DNA of 64,000 nucleotides from Adineta vaga (taxonomy: Eukaryota > Animalia > Rotifera), in the NCBI GenBank assembly GCA_021613535.1, contig CP075494.1:3534001-3598000 (forward strand). Direction: 5' to 3'. The notes below the pieces were generated by a model. It did not search any database and was not told where the DNA came from. It was given only the letters and a program-made list of their open reading frames with translations. Of this stretch, positions 22,574 to 36,377 are shown piece after piece. The stretch's first letter is position 1, and each line of letters opens with the position of its first letter. A program made the position numbers and the translations under genes.

Positions 22574-25500
22574 ATGAAAGGTGTAAAAATAACAAAAATA
22601 AAACGAATATCACCTGATCAATCCAACATATCTCAAGTTAAATCAAATATTCGAGATAATGAACCAAGTATTACTCATGTCGATTTATTCGGAAGTGGAA
22701 TTAGTAAAACATCGACACCTCACGTATGTATGATAATTTCATGGAACTCAGATATATTTTTTTAAATAAATCAATGAATATAAGTTCTACATTTTACCTC
22801 CAGGAAAAGGGAATTGCGCTGAAACGCTTTTTTCGATGATTTTCTACAGAAGATTTTCTCAGCTAAGATCTTGAGGGTGGAAGTATATAATGTGAAGGTT
22901 TAAGAGAAATACGCTAACACCCTTACTCACCCACAAACACAGCAAGGGAGTAAATAATTTTTGTATTGCTTCATTTTATTTTTAGAGTCTCGAAGAAAAT
23001 TTGATGAAAAGAAAATCATCTACCAGTGGCGTCAGCGTTAAACGAATACGAAGTAAATCGACTGGTTCAGAATACAATTCCGATAAATCCATAAAAATTG
23101 TATGTAAATATATATTATCAAAGTTCTTTAAATTAAATTACTCTTATATTCATGACGAATATCCAAAAATGTCTTGTTCTCAAGAATTACATTTTTTTTA
23201 ATATTAATTATACACTTCAATACTCGTTGAGATAATAAGAACAAAACATAACAATAAATCTTGATTTTGGATATTGTTTATTTGTAGACATCAAAAGAAG
23301 ACTATTTGATTGAATCAAGAAAATTCAGCGGTGTTCATGTTGGATCATTGAATAATACCGTTAACAAATCTAGACGTTCTTCTAGTCTATTAACAACAAA
23401 CAATGTATATGAAATAGTTACATATATTCAATCAAATGTTTCTCTAATAATTTGTCTTTAGAAAGTACAAGTGAATCGAAAGGAATGTCAAAGTCGTTTT
23501 AGTGGTACTAGCGTTCAACGAATTGCAAATATTTCCCATAGCAGTGATGAAATTTCTATTCATACATCACCTATTGATGTAAAACTATATACTATTTCTT
23601 CCTAAGCAATAATTAAACAAAGATTTATGTTTCAGAGTTCAAATTACCATGAATTAAACACAACCAATCAGTTAGAACGAGTTTACATGTGGTCACCATC
23701 CTCGAATCAGACAAATAATGATAACATATTAAAACATTCACTTCCGTTCAACACTGGTGATCAAGGATCTTATGTATCATCATTACGAGTATGTCATATT
23801 TGAGTATCATATTTTTTTCCAGACTATATGATTTTGTAGTCATTAAATAACTTGCGTACCAATGGTTCATTGCATGAAGATAAAATTCCGATAAAAGGAC
23901 ATCATAGAATGAATAATCGTAATTATATGGCACGGCGTAATCGATTAGAAGATCCAATACATATAACTCAGTGAGTAATAATACGAAATTGTTCGATATA
24001 TTGATAATGGATATTTCAGAAATAATGGACTGCCAGTATTTTACTGATATCTTTGTTAGAACTAATTTGTTCGAGACTATTTTTTTTAAAGATTGATCTT
24101 TTTATTCTCTACGAGGATCTATATTGTGTATGTCATTTAAACCTATCCTATCGTTACTATACTAGAAAAAGAAGGTAAAGATGATCTGTGGTATCAGTTC
24201 GACGTTTAACTAGAAAATACACAATATCAAAATAAAGTGCGCATTTCCGATCTGCAGGATATATGACACCATTCATAAAGATATCAGTAAAATACTACGA
24301 GATCCATTATTTATGGCACATTTATTAGTTTCTTATTTTGTTGATTAATTTTAAGGAAACGTAAAAGAAAACGATGCGTTTTCTCATTGATCTGTCGATT
24401 GCTTAGCTGTGCACTCTGTCTGGGTCTCCTTGCAATGGCTATTACTACGATTCTTCTTTTGACTTTATGTAAGTAATTTCCAGTTTTTTATTTATTTCTT
24501 GATGATCGTTCGGAATAAAACATGTATAGTTCGGCATAGTGAATACATAACTTTTCAACATTTTAATCGATGCTAATCGGATGATTTTGAATAGTTATGA
24601 CGTAAGAGAAAAATTTCATTACAATTTGATTCATTAAGAAGTTATATTAATATATTTAAATTATGTTGCAAATATTCCTTTGTGATATGATATTTAAAGA
24701 TTTTTGTTTTATTTTTTAGTTCCCAAAACATCTACAACTCCAAGAACGACTGTTACAACAACAAGTAAGAATAAAAGCAAAACAAAGATGATTTGATCAT
24801 AAAGTTTTCTTTTGATTGATGATAGTTTTTATAGAATATCTATAGTTTATGAGTATGAGTACAGCTATCAATCATATTCGTATCAAAAACAAAATTTCAA
24901 ATTTTTTTTTATTTGCAATATGCCTATTTTCAAGAGTTGATATCAATCCAAACGCTCGATTTTTGCTGGCTTATAGAAATACTTTTAAACCGGGAGATCT
25001 AAATATCCTTCACTGATGCCCACAGCCTGATCCCAACCACACTAATATAATCGTAGGTTGGAAAACTATTTATATGATTTGAACTGATTGATCTCGAAAA
25101 ATTTCACTAAAAAAACAAGTCTAAATCGTTGCATGAAATAATAATATAAATGATGAATTTAATATCCATTTCGTAGATAGAAAATGTAAACAAGATCAAT
25201 GAAACAGATATAACATCAACTGAACAAATAGAGAATCATAAGAGAAACGAAATACAACGACGCAGTAGACGAAAGCCATCGTAAAAACATGATGGTCAAT
25301 ATGATAATACATATTTAATAGAAACAAAGGAATAGAATGATATATAGGAAAGAAATTCGACACATCACTTAGTTAATATCATAAAGTAACAATAGTTGAT
25401 GTTAACATATATTCTCTTAGTAGATGGAACGTGGAATAAACTTCCTTCGATATTAATTCAAATCTGACTATTTTTATACATATCGTTCATTATTTTTCAG

Positions 25501-26962
25501 CTGCAACTACAACGACATCAGTGACGACCACATCGACTACATCAACGACATGCACTTCAACAACTTCCACAACTTCTACTACTTCAACGACATCAACAAC
25601 TTCAACTACCAGTAAGAACATTCGCAATTTCTCTCAAAAATCTCCTCTTATAGAAGTCCTCTGTATCATTCACTAATATGTAATTTAAAATTTACTTAAC
25701 ATAACATATTTTTCTGATCAAAGGAACAAACCTTTGTGTCTCGAAAACATCTCGAATGTTTATAGAGTTGTTCTATAAAAAAAATTCTAGCTGGTATTCT
25801 ACTGTTAATTTGTTCTTTTAATCATATTCATCAGCTAAGATGTTATCGAATTTATGTTTTGAATATGAACAAGAATTTAAATTAATATTTTCAGCTTCGA
25901 CTACATCAACTTCAACTGATTCGACTACAAGCACCAGTGAGTATTTATATTATGAACCAAATCATATTATTTACTTTGATTTCTTTTAACAGGTACTACA
26001 TCAACTACGACTACTACCGGTAAGGGAATCTAAACATATTTCTATCGTTCACATTACAAACATCTTTATGTTATCTATGTAACCAACTATAAAAGTATGA
26101 CACATCTAGATTACGAAAGATAAATTCATAATTTAACTTGAGGGTGTGGATGTATGCACTATAGAAATCAGCAATTCTAATAGCGAGGTTAGTTTCTATA
26201 TATAGAGATGGATTTGGAGTGAAGTCGAAATAAAGTTACTAAAATAGATAGATTTTAGATGGAGCTGATTTAGTTTGGGCTGAAGTTGGTTTATGTTTTT
26301 GAAATTAATAAAAACTGTTTATAAATCGCCAAATGAATTCAATAATGACAAAAATACTATCTTGTAGTTACTAAATATTTCAATTGATCGAACAACAAAA
26401 ATTCCTCATCAATAACTGAATTAATTTTCTTCGATTCAATCATAGTCTACTAGTTGTGTTGTTGTTTTTTTTCTTCTTAGGAATAGCTTGTAACTTTACC
26501 ACGACCGGATTACTTGAGAAGTTTGACAATAATGCTGCACCAACGACATGGGCAGAATACTCATATAATTTTGTAGCTACAAATACTAGTGCAAGAATCC
26601 GATTTAGCTCAGCAACCGATCAAACCGGCAAAGATTGGTATGTCGATAATGTAAGTGTTGTACCAAATAATGGTTCCGGAACAAGTGTATTAACCAATGG
26701 AAATTTTGAAGATGGTCCTTCGATTGGCTGGCAACTATTTTCATGTTCTAGTAGCTGTAGTGCTGACATAACGAATTCATCGAATTGTTTAAATGGTAGT
26801 ATCTGGTGCTACAATAACAAATGTACACCAACTTCTAATCTACAATTTATTGAACAAGATTTTCCTACAGTTACTGGTATGACATATAATATTACTTTCT
26901 GGGCACTGAAAGGCGGTAGTGGTATAGGTTCAGGTGCTGGTTTATATGCGAACGCTTTTTAA
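22574..26962 (+). CDS. Multi-exon type II membrane mucin-like protein: S-rich cytoplasmic part, TM, T/S stalk, C-terminal carbohydrate-binding-like beta-sandwich
   Basis: TM exon about 24356-24468 (KRKRKRCVFSLICRLLSCALCLGLLAMAITTILLLTL); T/S exons near 24720, 25501, 25896 and 25993; last exon 26481-26962 with WYVDNVSV, LTNGNFEDG, IEQDFPTVTGMTYNITFW; start and 5' exon structure approximate. Confidence 0.65.
22871..22940. repeat. Telomere-like inverted element (intronic)
   Basis: TTGAGGGTGG...ACACCCTTACTCACCCACAAACAC. Confidence 0.6.
24020..24312. mobile_element. Intronic MITE-like inverted repeat
   Basis: AAATAATGGA..AGTATTTTACTGATATCTTT (24020-24054) versus AAAGATATCAGTAAAATACT..TCCATTATTT (24277-24312). 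Confidence 0.6.
26138..26153. repeat. Left arm of a telomere-like element (intronic)
   Basis: TTGAGGGTGTGGATGT, identical to the start of the 42083 copy. Confidence 0.55.
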
Positions 26963-27134
26963 AATACTTTTCTATGTTTTCAAATCATATTGTAAAAATC
27001 TTTCTTATACTCTTAATAAATTCCTTATGAAAAGTTCACGTTTTGAGATTATGCTTGAGTGTTGGAAAAGAAAACAATCCTCATATAAACTAGCAATATT
27101 GTTTCCACTAATCAAAAGAGGAAATTAAGAAATA

Positions 27135-27182
27135 TGAATGGATGGGTGTGGGTGAGAAAAGAGAAAATACCCACACCATCAC
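27135..27182. repeat. Telomere-like inverted element
   Basis: TGAATGGATGGGTGTGGGTGAG-AAAAGAGAAAAT-ACCCACACCATCAC. Confidence 0.8.
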
Positions 27183-27397
27183 GTGTCTTAGCGAGCAAAC
27201 ATCCGGATCGGGAAGTCGTCATATAAAGACATAACGGTCAGCTTTCATGAAGTCATGTGAAATGAGAAACAGCTATGAAATGCTATATCAATCAAGATGA
27301 AACTATTAAACAAAATTATGATTGAAATGTATCAAAATGTTCGCCGTGCTGAAACCTATAAACTTGTAGAGTTTTTGGAGGGATCTCTTTCGGAAAA

Positions 27398-27454
27398 GGA
27401 TGTGGGTGTGACTGACAGAACATAAGAGTACCCACACTCTCACACCACTCTCAT
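27398..27454. repeat. Telomere-like inverted element
   Basis: GGATGTGGGTGTGA-spacer-ACCCACACTCTCACACCACTCTCAT. Confidence 0.75.
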
Positions 27455-27811
27455 CCTGGAGAAGAAAATTTTTTTTCAAAAAATACTTTTACTCCTACTC
27501 ATGAATGACTTGGCCAGTAATGGCAATTTTTTCGATAACTCAGTTATTTCTTTATGGATCCTTTTCATCTTTGAACTCAACCAAGATATTCATGAGACAA
27601 TTATGTGCACAAAATATCAACTCAATCCAACGAAGTTGTCAAGAGTTATCGTGTATACGGGCGGACGAACACACTGATCGATTATAGTAGTATACACACT
27701 TTTTGAGTACACAAAAATGCCTTTTTTGATTTTCTTTTTTTATTCACGCGAAGGTATAATTCGAATAATAGCATCAAAAGTGCAGGTCATCGAGATATAG
27801 ACATGTAATTT

Positions 27812-27994
27812 CAGTCATCACTGTTTTTTGCACTTTTCCTACAACGAATAATAGTCGTGGTGTATACGTCACCCAAGCCAATCATCACTGTTCTTTTCGC
27901 AATTTTCTCGCAACGAACAGTAGTCGTGGTGTATGCGTCACACAAGCCAATCATCACTGTTCTTTTCGCAATTTTCTCGCAACGAACAGTAGTC
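27812..27994. repeat. Tandem repeat, 69-bp unit, about 2.6 copies
   Basis: ATCATCACTGTTCTTTTCGCAATTTTCTCGCAACGAACAGTAGTC recurs at 27881 and 27950; diverged copy near 27814. Confidence 0.85.
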
Positions 27995-28834
27995 ACGGTT
28001 GACAGGTCGCAATTCACTAAGCAGTATTTGTGATATAACAGCTCGTACTCCATGCATTCAAACTCATTTTTTTCTTCTAGCATAGAGCAATTCGCGTAAA
28101 CTATATTCGTCAGATCAAGCAGGTAAGTGATGGAAAACTTTTAAGGAATAATATGAACACAGATATTAACCATTTAACTAACGAGGGAACCCCCCCTCTC
28201 AAAGTGATTAATGAGTTTAAAGCTCATCTTTTGGCCATACGTAGACCTCGATAGTGTATGAAAAACCTTCAGAGGATTTGGGCCTTTAGATCTTTTCTAC
28301 AGAGTTATACCCATTTTAGTAGAATTTTAGCCTGTATGTCGATATGTATCAACAAAACTAATATGAGGATATATAACAGACAAGGATTTTTTATTAAATC
28401 AATTGTCGTATAACAATTTTCTCAATACGATTCGCTAGCAGATGACATGGACAATTTTTCATTATTATCCATTTCAATTTCTTGCAAATAACTAAACATA
28501 GAGATGTAGAACTCTGTGTATATCTTTTAAAGCTCTCCACCAAAGAAATACTATTTTTCTTGCACAAGTATCGAATCATATCTTAAATATGTGTGATACA
28601 TTTGCAATATATATTTATGTTACTATCGTCGTATTCTTGCAATTCCCCGTTTTTCTTCGTCGCAATTGCAGTGCACCATTTATTATATCAAATATTATAT
28701 TATTTCCGTGTTTATAGTTATTTTAAGCCATTGAAAATTTTGCTTAATATTTGTTTTTATTTTATTTTATTTTAGATAGTTATAGTTTATATATAAACAA
28801 TAGCTGTTCTATTTTATATTAAGATCCATAGAAA

Positions 28835-29854
28835 ATGAAGCTAGACAATTCTAGTATAAAAGTTATTTTATATGGCTTTGGGAATATGAATAAGATAGTT
28901 TTACGTTATCTTTTGGAAAAAGGCTATAATCAAATAGTTGGAGTCATCAATCATCATGATGTTGGACAAGATGCTGGAGAAGTAGCGGGTTTAGAAAAAC
29001 TAAATATAGTAATTAGTGCTGAATCGGAAATAGTAGATGTGATCGAACGTACAAAACCAAATGTCTGTATATTAGCTACTAGATCATTTCTGAACGAGCT
29101 GGCATCAGTTCTACGAATTTTCAGTGCATATGGAGTGAATACAATTACCATGGGAGAGGAAGCATTTTATGCATGGAATACATCACCAGATATATGTCAA
29201 GAGTTAGATGAAAAATTTAAACTAAACAACTGCACTTTCACTGCCACTGGAGCTCAAGATATATTTTGGGGTTATTTACCTGCAATACTTGTTGGTACAA
29301 GTCATAAGATAAAGCGAATGTTAGGATTGATACAATTCAATGTCGACGATTATGGTAGAGCACTTTGTGAAGCGCATGGAGTAGGATTAACTCAGGTTGA
29401 ATTCAAAAGACAATTTGAAAGTAACCATGAAACCCGACCATCTTATATATGGAATAGCAATGAATGGATATGCTCTTATTTTGGTTGGCAATTAAAGAAA
29501 AATGAACAAAAACTCTTACCAATCGTATGCTCAAAAAACGTCAATTCTAAATCGTTCGGAACAGTGATAAAGGCAGGAGATGTGATTGGCATGAAAGCTG
29601 TTGTTACTACAATAACATGTGACGGAATTGAAATTGAAACAACAATGATTAGTCAAGTTTATTTTGATGATATGGTTGACATATGTTCATGGAAATTAGT
29701 TGGTGAGCCAGAAACTGAAATAGTAATCAAACGACCAGCAACGGTCGAAGTTGCATGTGCAGCAGCTGTCAATCGAATCGAGCAAGTCGTCAATGCGAAT
29801 CCTGGTTATGTTACTACAGACAAACTCGGTCCTATTTCATGGAAATTTCATTGA
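28835..29854 (+). CDS. NAD(P)-dependent amine dehydrogenase, dihydrodipicolinate-reductase-like / 2,4-diaminopentanoate dehydrogenase (Ord)-like, intronless
   Basis: 339-aa intact ORF; Rossmann VILYGFGNMNK; DVGQDAGEVAG; GVNTITMGEEAFYAW; TATGAQD; VNRIEQVVNANPG. Confidence 0.8.
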   Translation: MKLDNSSIKVILYGFGNMNKIVLRYLLEKGYNQIVGVINHHDVGQDAGEVAGLEKLNIVISAESEIVDVIERTKPNVCILATRSFLNELASVLRIFSAYGVNTITMGEEAFYAWNTSPDICQELDEKFKLNNCTFTATGAQDIFWGYLPAILVGTSHKIKRMLGLIQFNVDDYGRALCEAHGVGLTQVEFKRQFESNHETRPSYIWNSNEWICSYFGWQLKKNEQKLLPIVCSKNVNSKSFGTVIKAGDVIGMKAVVTTITCDGIEIETTMISQVYFDDMVDICSWKLVGEPETEIVIKRPATVEVACAAAVNRIEQVVNANPGYVTTDKLGPISWKFH

Positions 29855-30546
29855 CAAAATGATAGTGCAAAGTTTGAATGATTCGTTGAACAGACAATCG
29901 ATTGTAGTTTTAATTGTTCAATAAATATAAAGATGATTCTTGAAAAAATGATGTATCTTTGCACATTATTTTAATCTTTCCACGGTGATGGGACCCACTC
30001 TATTTTCTAAAAAAAATGAATAAAAAACACTCTTCTCCTCTAATCATAAATCTTCATATGATGTCGCGTAGTAACCAGCACAACGTCTTCGAACATCGCA
30101 GTCACATTCTTCCATTTCTTCGAGCTTGCAATCCACGAATTTATGCTTTGTTTGAATAGTTGAACTTTCTCTCAGGGCAGGTTTCAGATTCTCGAATGGT
30201 ACATCAAGAAGTAGAGATCGTGCGAGACTTTCACAAAACTGTAGCATCATCATATCGCCTGTCTCATAACCCATGTTTTCGATTGCGTCGCAATTGCGGC
30301 AAAATTGCGATCGCACTGTTACCCGTAATTGCGAAAAGAAATCGCAGCTGCGACGCAATGATCGCATTGTTCAGCCTTCATATTTCGACACTATTGTAGT
30401 CATGATTACATTAATAATTGATGATGAAACTGTCCAAACAAGGAGCAACTGTAGTTTATTTCCTAATATTTATTGAACAATTAGAAATACACACAAATTT
30501 TATAATAGAAATATCTCTAGTCACCGGCATCATATTCAAAAGTAGA

Positions 30547-30605
30547 TGAGTGCCAGTGAGGAGGAAATTTTCAGCTGTAATCACGCTCACCCATGACGCA
30601 TCCTC
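30547..30605. repeat. Degenerate telomere-like inverted element
   Basis: TGAGTGCCAGTGAGGAG-spacer-TCACGCTCACCCATGACGCATCCTC. Confidence 0.35.
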
Positions 30606-31460
30606 TAGATGACTCATTTATTTTGAGTATCACTTACGTTTCGAAGTTCGATATTAAAATATTAATTGATCTGGTCTTTGAAAATTGAAATGAGCTTGAA
30701 TGATTATTACATCTCCTTTTATATATCATTAACATTAACAACCGTTATTATTCAAAACCATCCAATAGATAATCTAGAGAAATGCGGTAACTGCGTCGCA
30801 GATGCGATCGCAAAATGACCAATCCGCACAATTGCGACGTAGTCGTTAAAAAAGAGGTGACATAGGAACACTACTTATTGAAAATATACCAAACGTTTTC
30901 GCAGAAAATTGGAATGCATGGAAATTTCCATGTAAGCAGTTTTGCAGAGTAAAGCTTGCGCTACAAGATGCACTAGTTTATTTCTGCGACAATCTTAATC
31001 TTCAACGGAGAGTATGTTAATAATGTTTTGCACTAAAAAATCCCGATAAATATATCAATTATTTAACTATGTGGTATAAACTCCTCCCCGCATTAAAAGA
31101 CCCTTTTCGACAAAAATTTCAAAAGCTGTATTAGAAGACCCCTTTTATAAAATTATTTCAACGAATACTATGATTAAATTCACTGATATATTCTTCTCTT
31201 TCATTCGCACGTAATACAACGTATATACAGCGAATTTTTGATCAGTCGAGAGTTCTTTCTCTTTTTGTTCATACATATATGGACAATTTGGGCTGTAAAA
31301 CAAGTGGCTATAATCAAATTGTTTGTATATCTAACAGAAAAGAAAGAAAAGTGAACAATAATTCTTTCGTTGTCTCTATTGGTAGAAGAACGACTATATA
31401 AACGACGAACTTCTAACAAATGAATTAAAATAAACATGTCGATTGGCCACGATAAGATAC

Positions 31461-34400
31461 CAGTGATGGGATCGGTTCGTGTTTTTCCCAAACCGAGCCG
31501 AGTCGAACCTATTATGTAAAAATTGTTCAAAGTTCATAACTAGTTAAAATCTATCATAGTAGATCTTTTGCATTAACTGGTCTTTTATGTTCATTTTATT
31601 TAAATAGAAATATAACTTTATTTATTATCAACAATAAGCAGAATGAATCAACATAATTATTCATGAAAGAGACAAACTAGAGTTCTATTAAATCCCATAT
31701 TTTGTTGTTCCCAAACTTTTCTTGATAAATTTTATATGCACGATTGAAAACCATGTCATTTACAATGTCTGGTGATAGTTTCGATCGTTTTTGTGTGATT
31801 ATATTTCCCATAAAACTAAACTCACGTTCAACAGCAGCACTTGTAGCTGGTACTGCAAATACTCGAGCAGCAACCTTGGATAACACTGGGTATGTTGCAT
31901 GTTTTTTCTTCCACTAAGATAATGGATTATATTCTTCCTTTTTATCACCATTAACTTCTGATACATTCTTATCTGCACCATGTCTAATATATAATTCAAT
32001 TTCCATTGTATGGCATGAAGTTTTTGAAGATGATTGTCGATCATTGTTCTCTTTCTCTTCATTTTCTGCACTTGTATAAAAGTCCATCATATATGTACTA
32101 GAAGTGGTTCTTGCTAATTGAACTTGTTTCTTGCTTGAAGATAAATTGATTTGTTGATCTGCATCAAATAGAAGCATTTCTTGCTTAACGTATTCCATAC
32201 ACTCTTCTCGTTGTTTTGCAGTCAAATGAGTCATTTTACGTGTTTTGGGATTGAAAAAAGTTCCCATAAGAAGTATAGGATCAAAGTTAATCATTTCTTT
32301 GATAATTTGTTTTCCTCTTTGTCGAAAAAAATGAATACCTATATCATAAAATATTTTGAACAAAATAAGTAGAATAATTAAAGTGATTACCTTTATCTTG
32401 TTTAGGTTCATTAGATTTATTTTCTAATGAAGAATTAATAATAAAAATACTAGGAGTAACAGTATGAATTGATGGTGTCAGTGACGATTGAACTCTTTTC
32501 ATAACAAAAGTCCAAGGTTATAAGAATTCGATTAATTTCTATAATAAAGAAACATTTACTATATTAATTCTTTTTTTGTCCAATTGTTTTTCATCGAATA
32601 TTTCAGCAAGTGAATTTAAAGATTTTCTCACACTTTGTAAACAATTATATAAAGACAACCATCTTACTATTGTATTTTGAATAAGAACAGGTGCATTTCG
32701 TTCTTCAAGTTCTTGATTCAAGTTTATCTAAAAATTATGGATATAAGTACCGTTCTTCTTTTCTAAATTAAAACAACAAATATTCTCGTTTAGAATTTAT
32801 CTTTTTTATATATCGCACCAACTCCTTACAATGAATAATAGTAATCAAAATACGTTTCGCATCACATGGTAGTTGAGCAAGAGTAGCTGTGGGATTATTT
32901 CTAATTGGTGCTGCGACAGAAGAATTGATGGATCGAGTTCGTTTATTAACAACTTTTTCATCATCGTCATCATCACTAGCTGCATGATCATCATTTTCAC
33001 TTCCACTTCCACTAACATCATCTTCATCTTCTTCAACTACATCCAAATAAAGATCACCAAAAGCAACATCTTTTTTTGCTTTTACTGTTTCAGGTTGGTA
33101 AAATACTTTTTGCAATACAATGAACAATTGGAAATTTCTCCAAAGCCTTCTTCAGATTACTACCTCGATCGCATACCCAAATGATGTCATACATAAAGGG
33201 TTGAAGATCATAAAGTGATAAGCCTTCTTCAAGAGTCTAAATGCAAATATGAAATACAATAAGTATATAAAATAAGTACATAAAATTTACTAAAAGAACA
33301 TTAGCAGCTGTTTTATTTGGTTTTCTATATAGCAAACAAAATAACTCAAATGTACATAAATTCCAATCACGATCAACCCATTGAGCTACACATCCTAAAT
33401 AAGACATTTTTTGTAACCATCAGACCGCAAATCTGGTGATAATGAAAGATAACGAGCTTGTGCTGCAGCAACTAAAACTTGTTTCATTTCATTTCTACCA
33501 ACTTCTGGCATTCGTTTAATTTCTTTCGATATTGTTCTTCGACTAGGTATAAGAGATGACGCAGAAACAGGACCACACTTATATCCTATTAAAAGGAAAA
33601 ATACAAATGCATCGGAAGAAGTTAGAAACTGTACCTGTTTGAATACAATATTCCACAATATTCTTTAAACCATCATCTTCGACGATATTAATTGGTCGAA
33701 TATTTGAACATATCCTGTCACTCATAAGTCTACTGAACGAGGTTTTTTGTTTATCATTAGATTTAACATGTGCAAGTGGTGATGATGTGATTGGTTTTGA
33801 AATTGGTAATATTTGTAATTTTGATTGACTTGCATTATTTAAAGTAGGACATTTATGATTTGAAAGAGTCGTTGTTGATGATGAATAAGAGTATGTTTGA
33901 TAACAACTTTTGCAAGAAGCAAATTTTTTTATTATTTCATATTTGTCAGCATCTAATATTCTTGCCGGTAATCCAAAGAACTTCCAGCACGGTGCCAATC
34001 CTTTTTTATCAACAATTGTAAATTGAGACTTTTTATATTTAAGACAAACAGTATTACCATCTGTAGTGTATTTATCGCCAGAATCAGATGCATTATTGTT
34101 TTCGACAGTTATTAATGATGTAGGTGAAGATAAATATAAAGATGATTGTATATCAGGTGTCGTGGAAGACAACGATGATAAAGTCTCGTGTAAAATTGAA
34201 GAAGATTCAGAAGAATTCATCATTGAAGCACAAGCTAATTTTTTTTATAAACGTTTATATTCTAAGTAATGAATGAATATAAAATAATAAACGATATATC
34301 TTATAGCGCTTTCAAATGCAGATAAATGAAACGAAGAATTACTATTAAATTAGAACAAAGACAAAACAGTTGCTCTCTTTTACTTTATTTATATGTGATA

Positions 34401-34697
34401 TATAATTCGCTCATTTGACAAACCTATTAGAAGAACATAAGAACATGATTTGTCACCGAGGACATCTGTTACATTACAACGTGTCTATTACGTTAATTTA
34501 TGTTCTCTTTCAATATAGACGAAAATATACACTACATTACAAAACTGTAATTGAATTAACAAAATATAATTAAGTAAAAAAATCTTAAATCGAACCGAAC
34601 CGAACCGCGCAGTTTTTCAGAATCTTGAAATCGAACCGGAATCGAATCGAGTCGACTCGGTTTGATTCGGTTTGAAACCGAACCGATCCCATCACTG
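31461..34697 (-). mobile_element. hAT DNA transposon with 19-bp perfect TIRs
   Basis: CAGTGATGGGATCGGTTCG at 31461 and its reverse complement ending at 34697; subterminal GAACC repeats 34590-34685; 8-bp TSD not cleanly conserved. Confidence 0.92.
31677..34223 (-). pseudogene. hAT transposase, spliced and disrupted
   Basis: BED-like finger (CWKFF...CKSC...HKC); IRPINIVEDDGL; IPSRRTIS; LSLSPDL; TIVRWLSLY; dimerisation motif VPATSAAVEREFS; stops and frameshifts. Confidence 0.88.
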
Positions 34698-35292
34698 ATA
34701 TATATGACATATATATACACATATGTTCAATGAATAGTTTTTACACCAATCAGAAATTTTGAAGAGTACGCTGCTGTTCATTACTTATTTTAAATAGGTG
34801 TAATATAAAATATCAATGTTCAAAGTTTTGAAGATTTTTCGAATTGTTTCACGATAAAAAGGGAACAACATAGTCAATACTATCATTTCGTCTGCCGATG
34901 AAAATGAATTTCTTCTCACATTCATGAAATAATAGAGAAATAAACGAATATTAACAAAACTAGCACTGACCTACTCTATAAAATAATAATATTGGAAAAC
35001 TCTTTACACTTCATTTTAGATGTATTCGAATTTCAAACAATTATAGTCATCATCAAGAATTGATGCTCGATGTTCAGTTTCGTATGAGTTCTAATTAATA
35101 TTGAGTCAGACAAAGAGATTTTCATGAATTCTACCTGCATTAGATCAATTCTATATGAATTGTAACGATACGCACTGATTCAACATTATTATTGATCTGC
35201 CTCAACTAATAACATACAATTCCATAGAGATTCTAGTAATTTCAGATCAATTCTATACCAAATGCCACCAATTCTAGAATTGGAATTGGTGC

Positions 35293-36377
35293 ATGCCTAG
35301 TCGAATACAGGGTGGTGGTTCAAAATTGAAATTTGTCGAACTAGATCATATGTTGTACAAGTGGTATCGGAAACGTCGAACAAAAATTGATAATAACACA
35401 GACATATCTTCTACGGAGATTCGTCGTGAAAAAATAACCTTCAAAAATCTGGAACGTGAAGGTAAAAGAATTAGTGGTGAATTAAAGCATCAATCACCTT
35501 CAATTAAATGGTTTACTCGGTTTTTAAAAAGACACAAATTATCTTTACAGTGATCAAAACGTAAACAAAAAATTCCTTTATCAGAAGCTTATAAATTGGT
35601 TACTTTTCATTTATTTTTATGTCGTGCAAATAAATGGGGTGTTAAACAAGGTCCAACGGGTGCTTTCACAGCTCGTGATGTTTGTAATATGGATGAAAGT
35701 TCATTGGCTTTGTTTGGTTATCAAGCAAAGAGAAGTGTTAATGATAATAATACTCCAAATGATATCGATGGAAATTTAAATGATAAACGATTTGCTACTT
35801 TAATTTTAACTGTTTTTGGAGAAAATAATTCTCGAGTTGGGCCGGTTTTACTTTTGAGAGGTAAAGGCCAAGTGTCATCTTTTGAAAAGAGTCAATATGC
35901 ACAAGGTGTTCCTGTAAACTTCACACCAAAAAGTGTGATTAATAGTGAAACAATGAAACATTACATAGAATTTTGGTGGTCTAGAGTATGAATAGTTTTA
36001 TATGTTTTAGGAAAACAGATCAATTATTTAATACATTAAAGGTGAAAGATAATCATCAAAAACTGTTTACCACCGACAGTGCCTCCTCTTATCTAGAAAC
36101 GAATCTAATCAACGACTTAAAAAAGCGAAGAGTTTTAGTTGCTGTTGTTCCAAAAGGCTGTACAATGTATGTTCAAGTACTTGATGTATCTGTATTGTCA
36201 ATTTTCAAAAACCACTACGATAATGCTGTTGAAGAATATATTGAGAAGAAATGGTCACGATCCTTTATGAAACTCACGACGTCAGAATCACGTATATTGT
36301 GCACCAATTTTACATGGTCTGCATGGGAACGAACATTAGCAAGTGCTGACATCACCAAAGCTTTTTGTTATAGCTGA
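35293..36377 (+). pseudogene. pogo-like DDE_1 transposase, disrupted
   Basis: HTH ELDHMLYKWY...SIKWFTRFLKRHKLS; VCNMDES; TTDSASS; VPKGCTMYVQVLDVSV; TGA at 35551 and a frameshift. Confidence 0.85.

Noticed and set aside
27812-27994. CRISPR-like array
   Set aside because: The units are contiguous 69-bp tandem copies without unique spacers; there are no cas genes and the context is eukaryotic.
28168-30000. piggyBac-like element carrying the dehydrogenase gene
   Set aside because: The TTAA-starting motifs near 28168 and 29972 are not inverted relative to each other, so there is no TIR pair.
30044-30845. ORFs 30044-30476 and TGCGATCGCA/TGCGTCGCA-rich patches
   Set aside because: No recognisable protein; probably a TE remnant, but the ends could not be defined.
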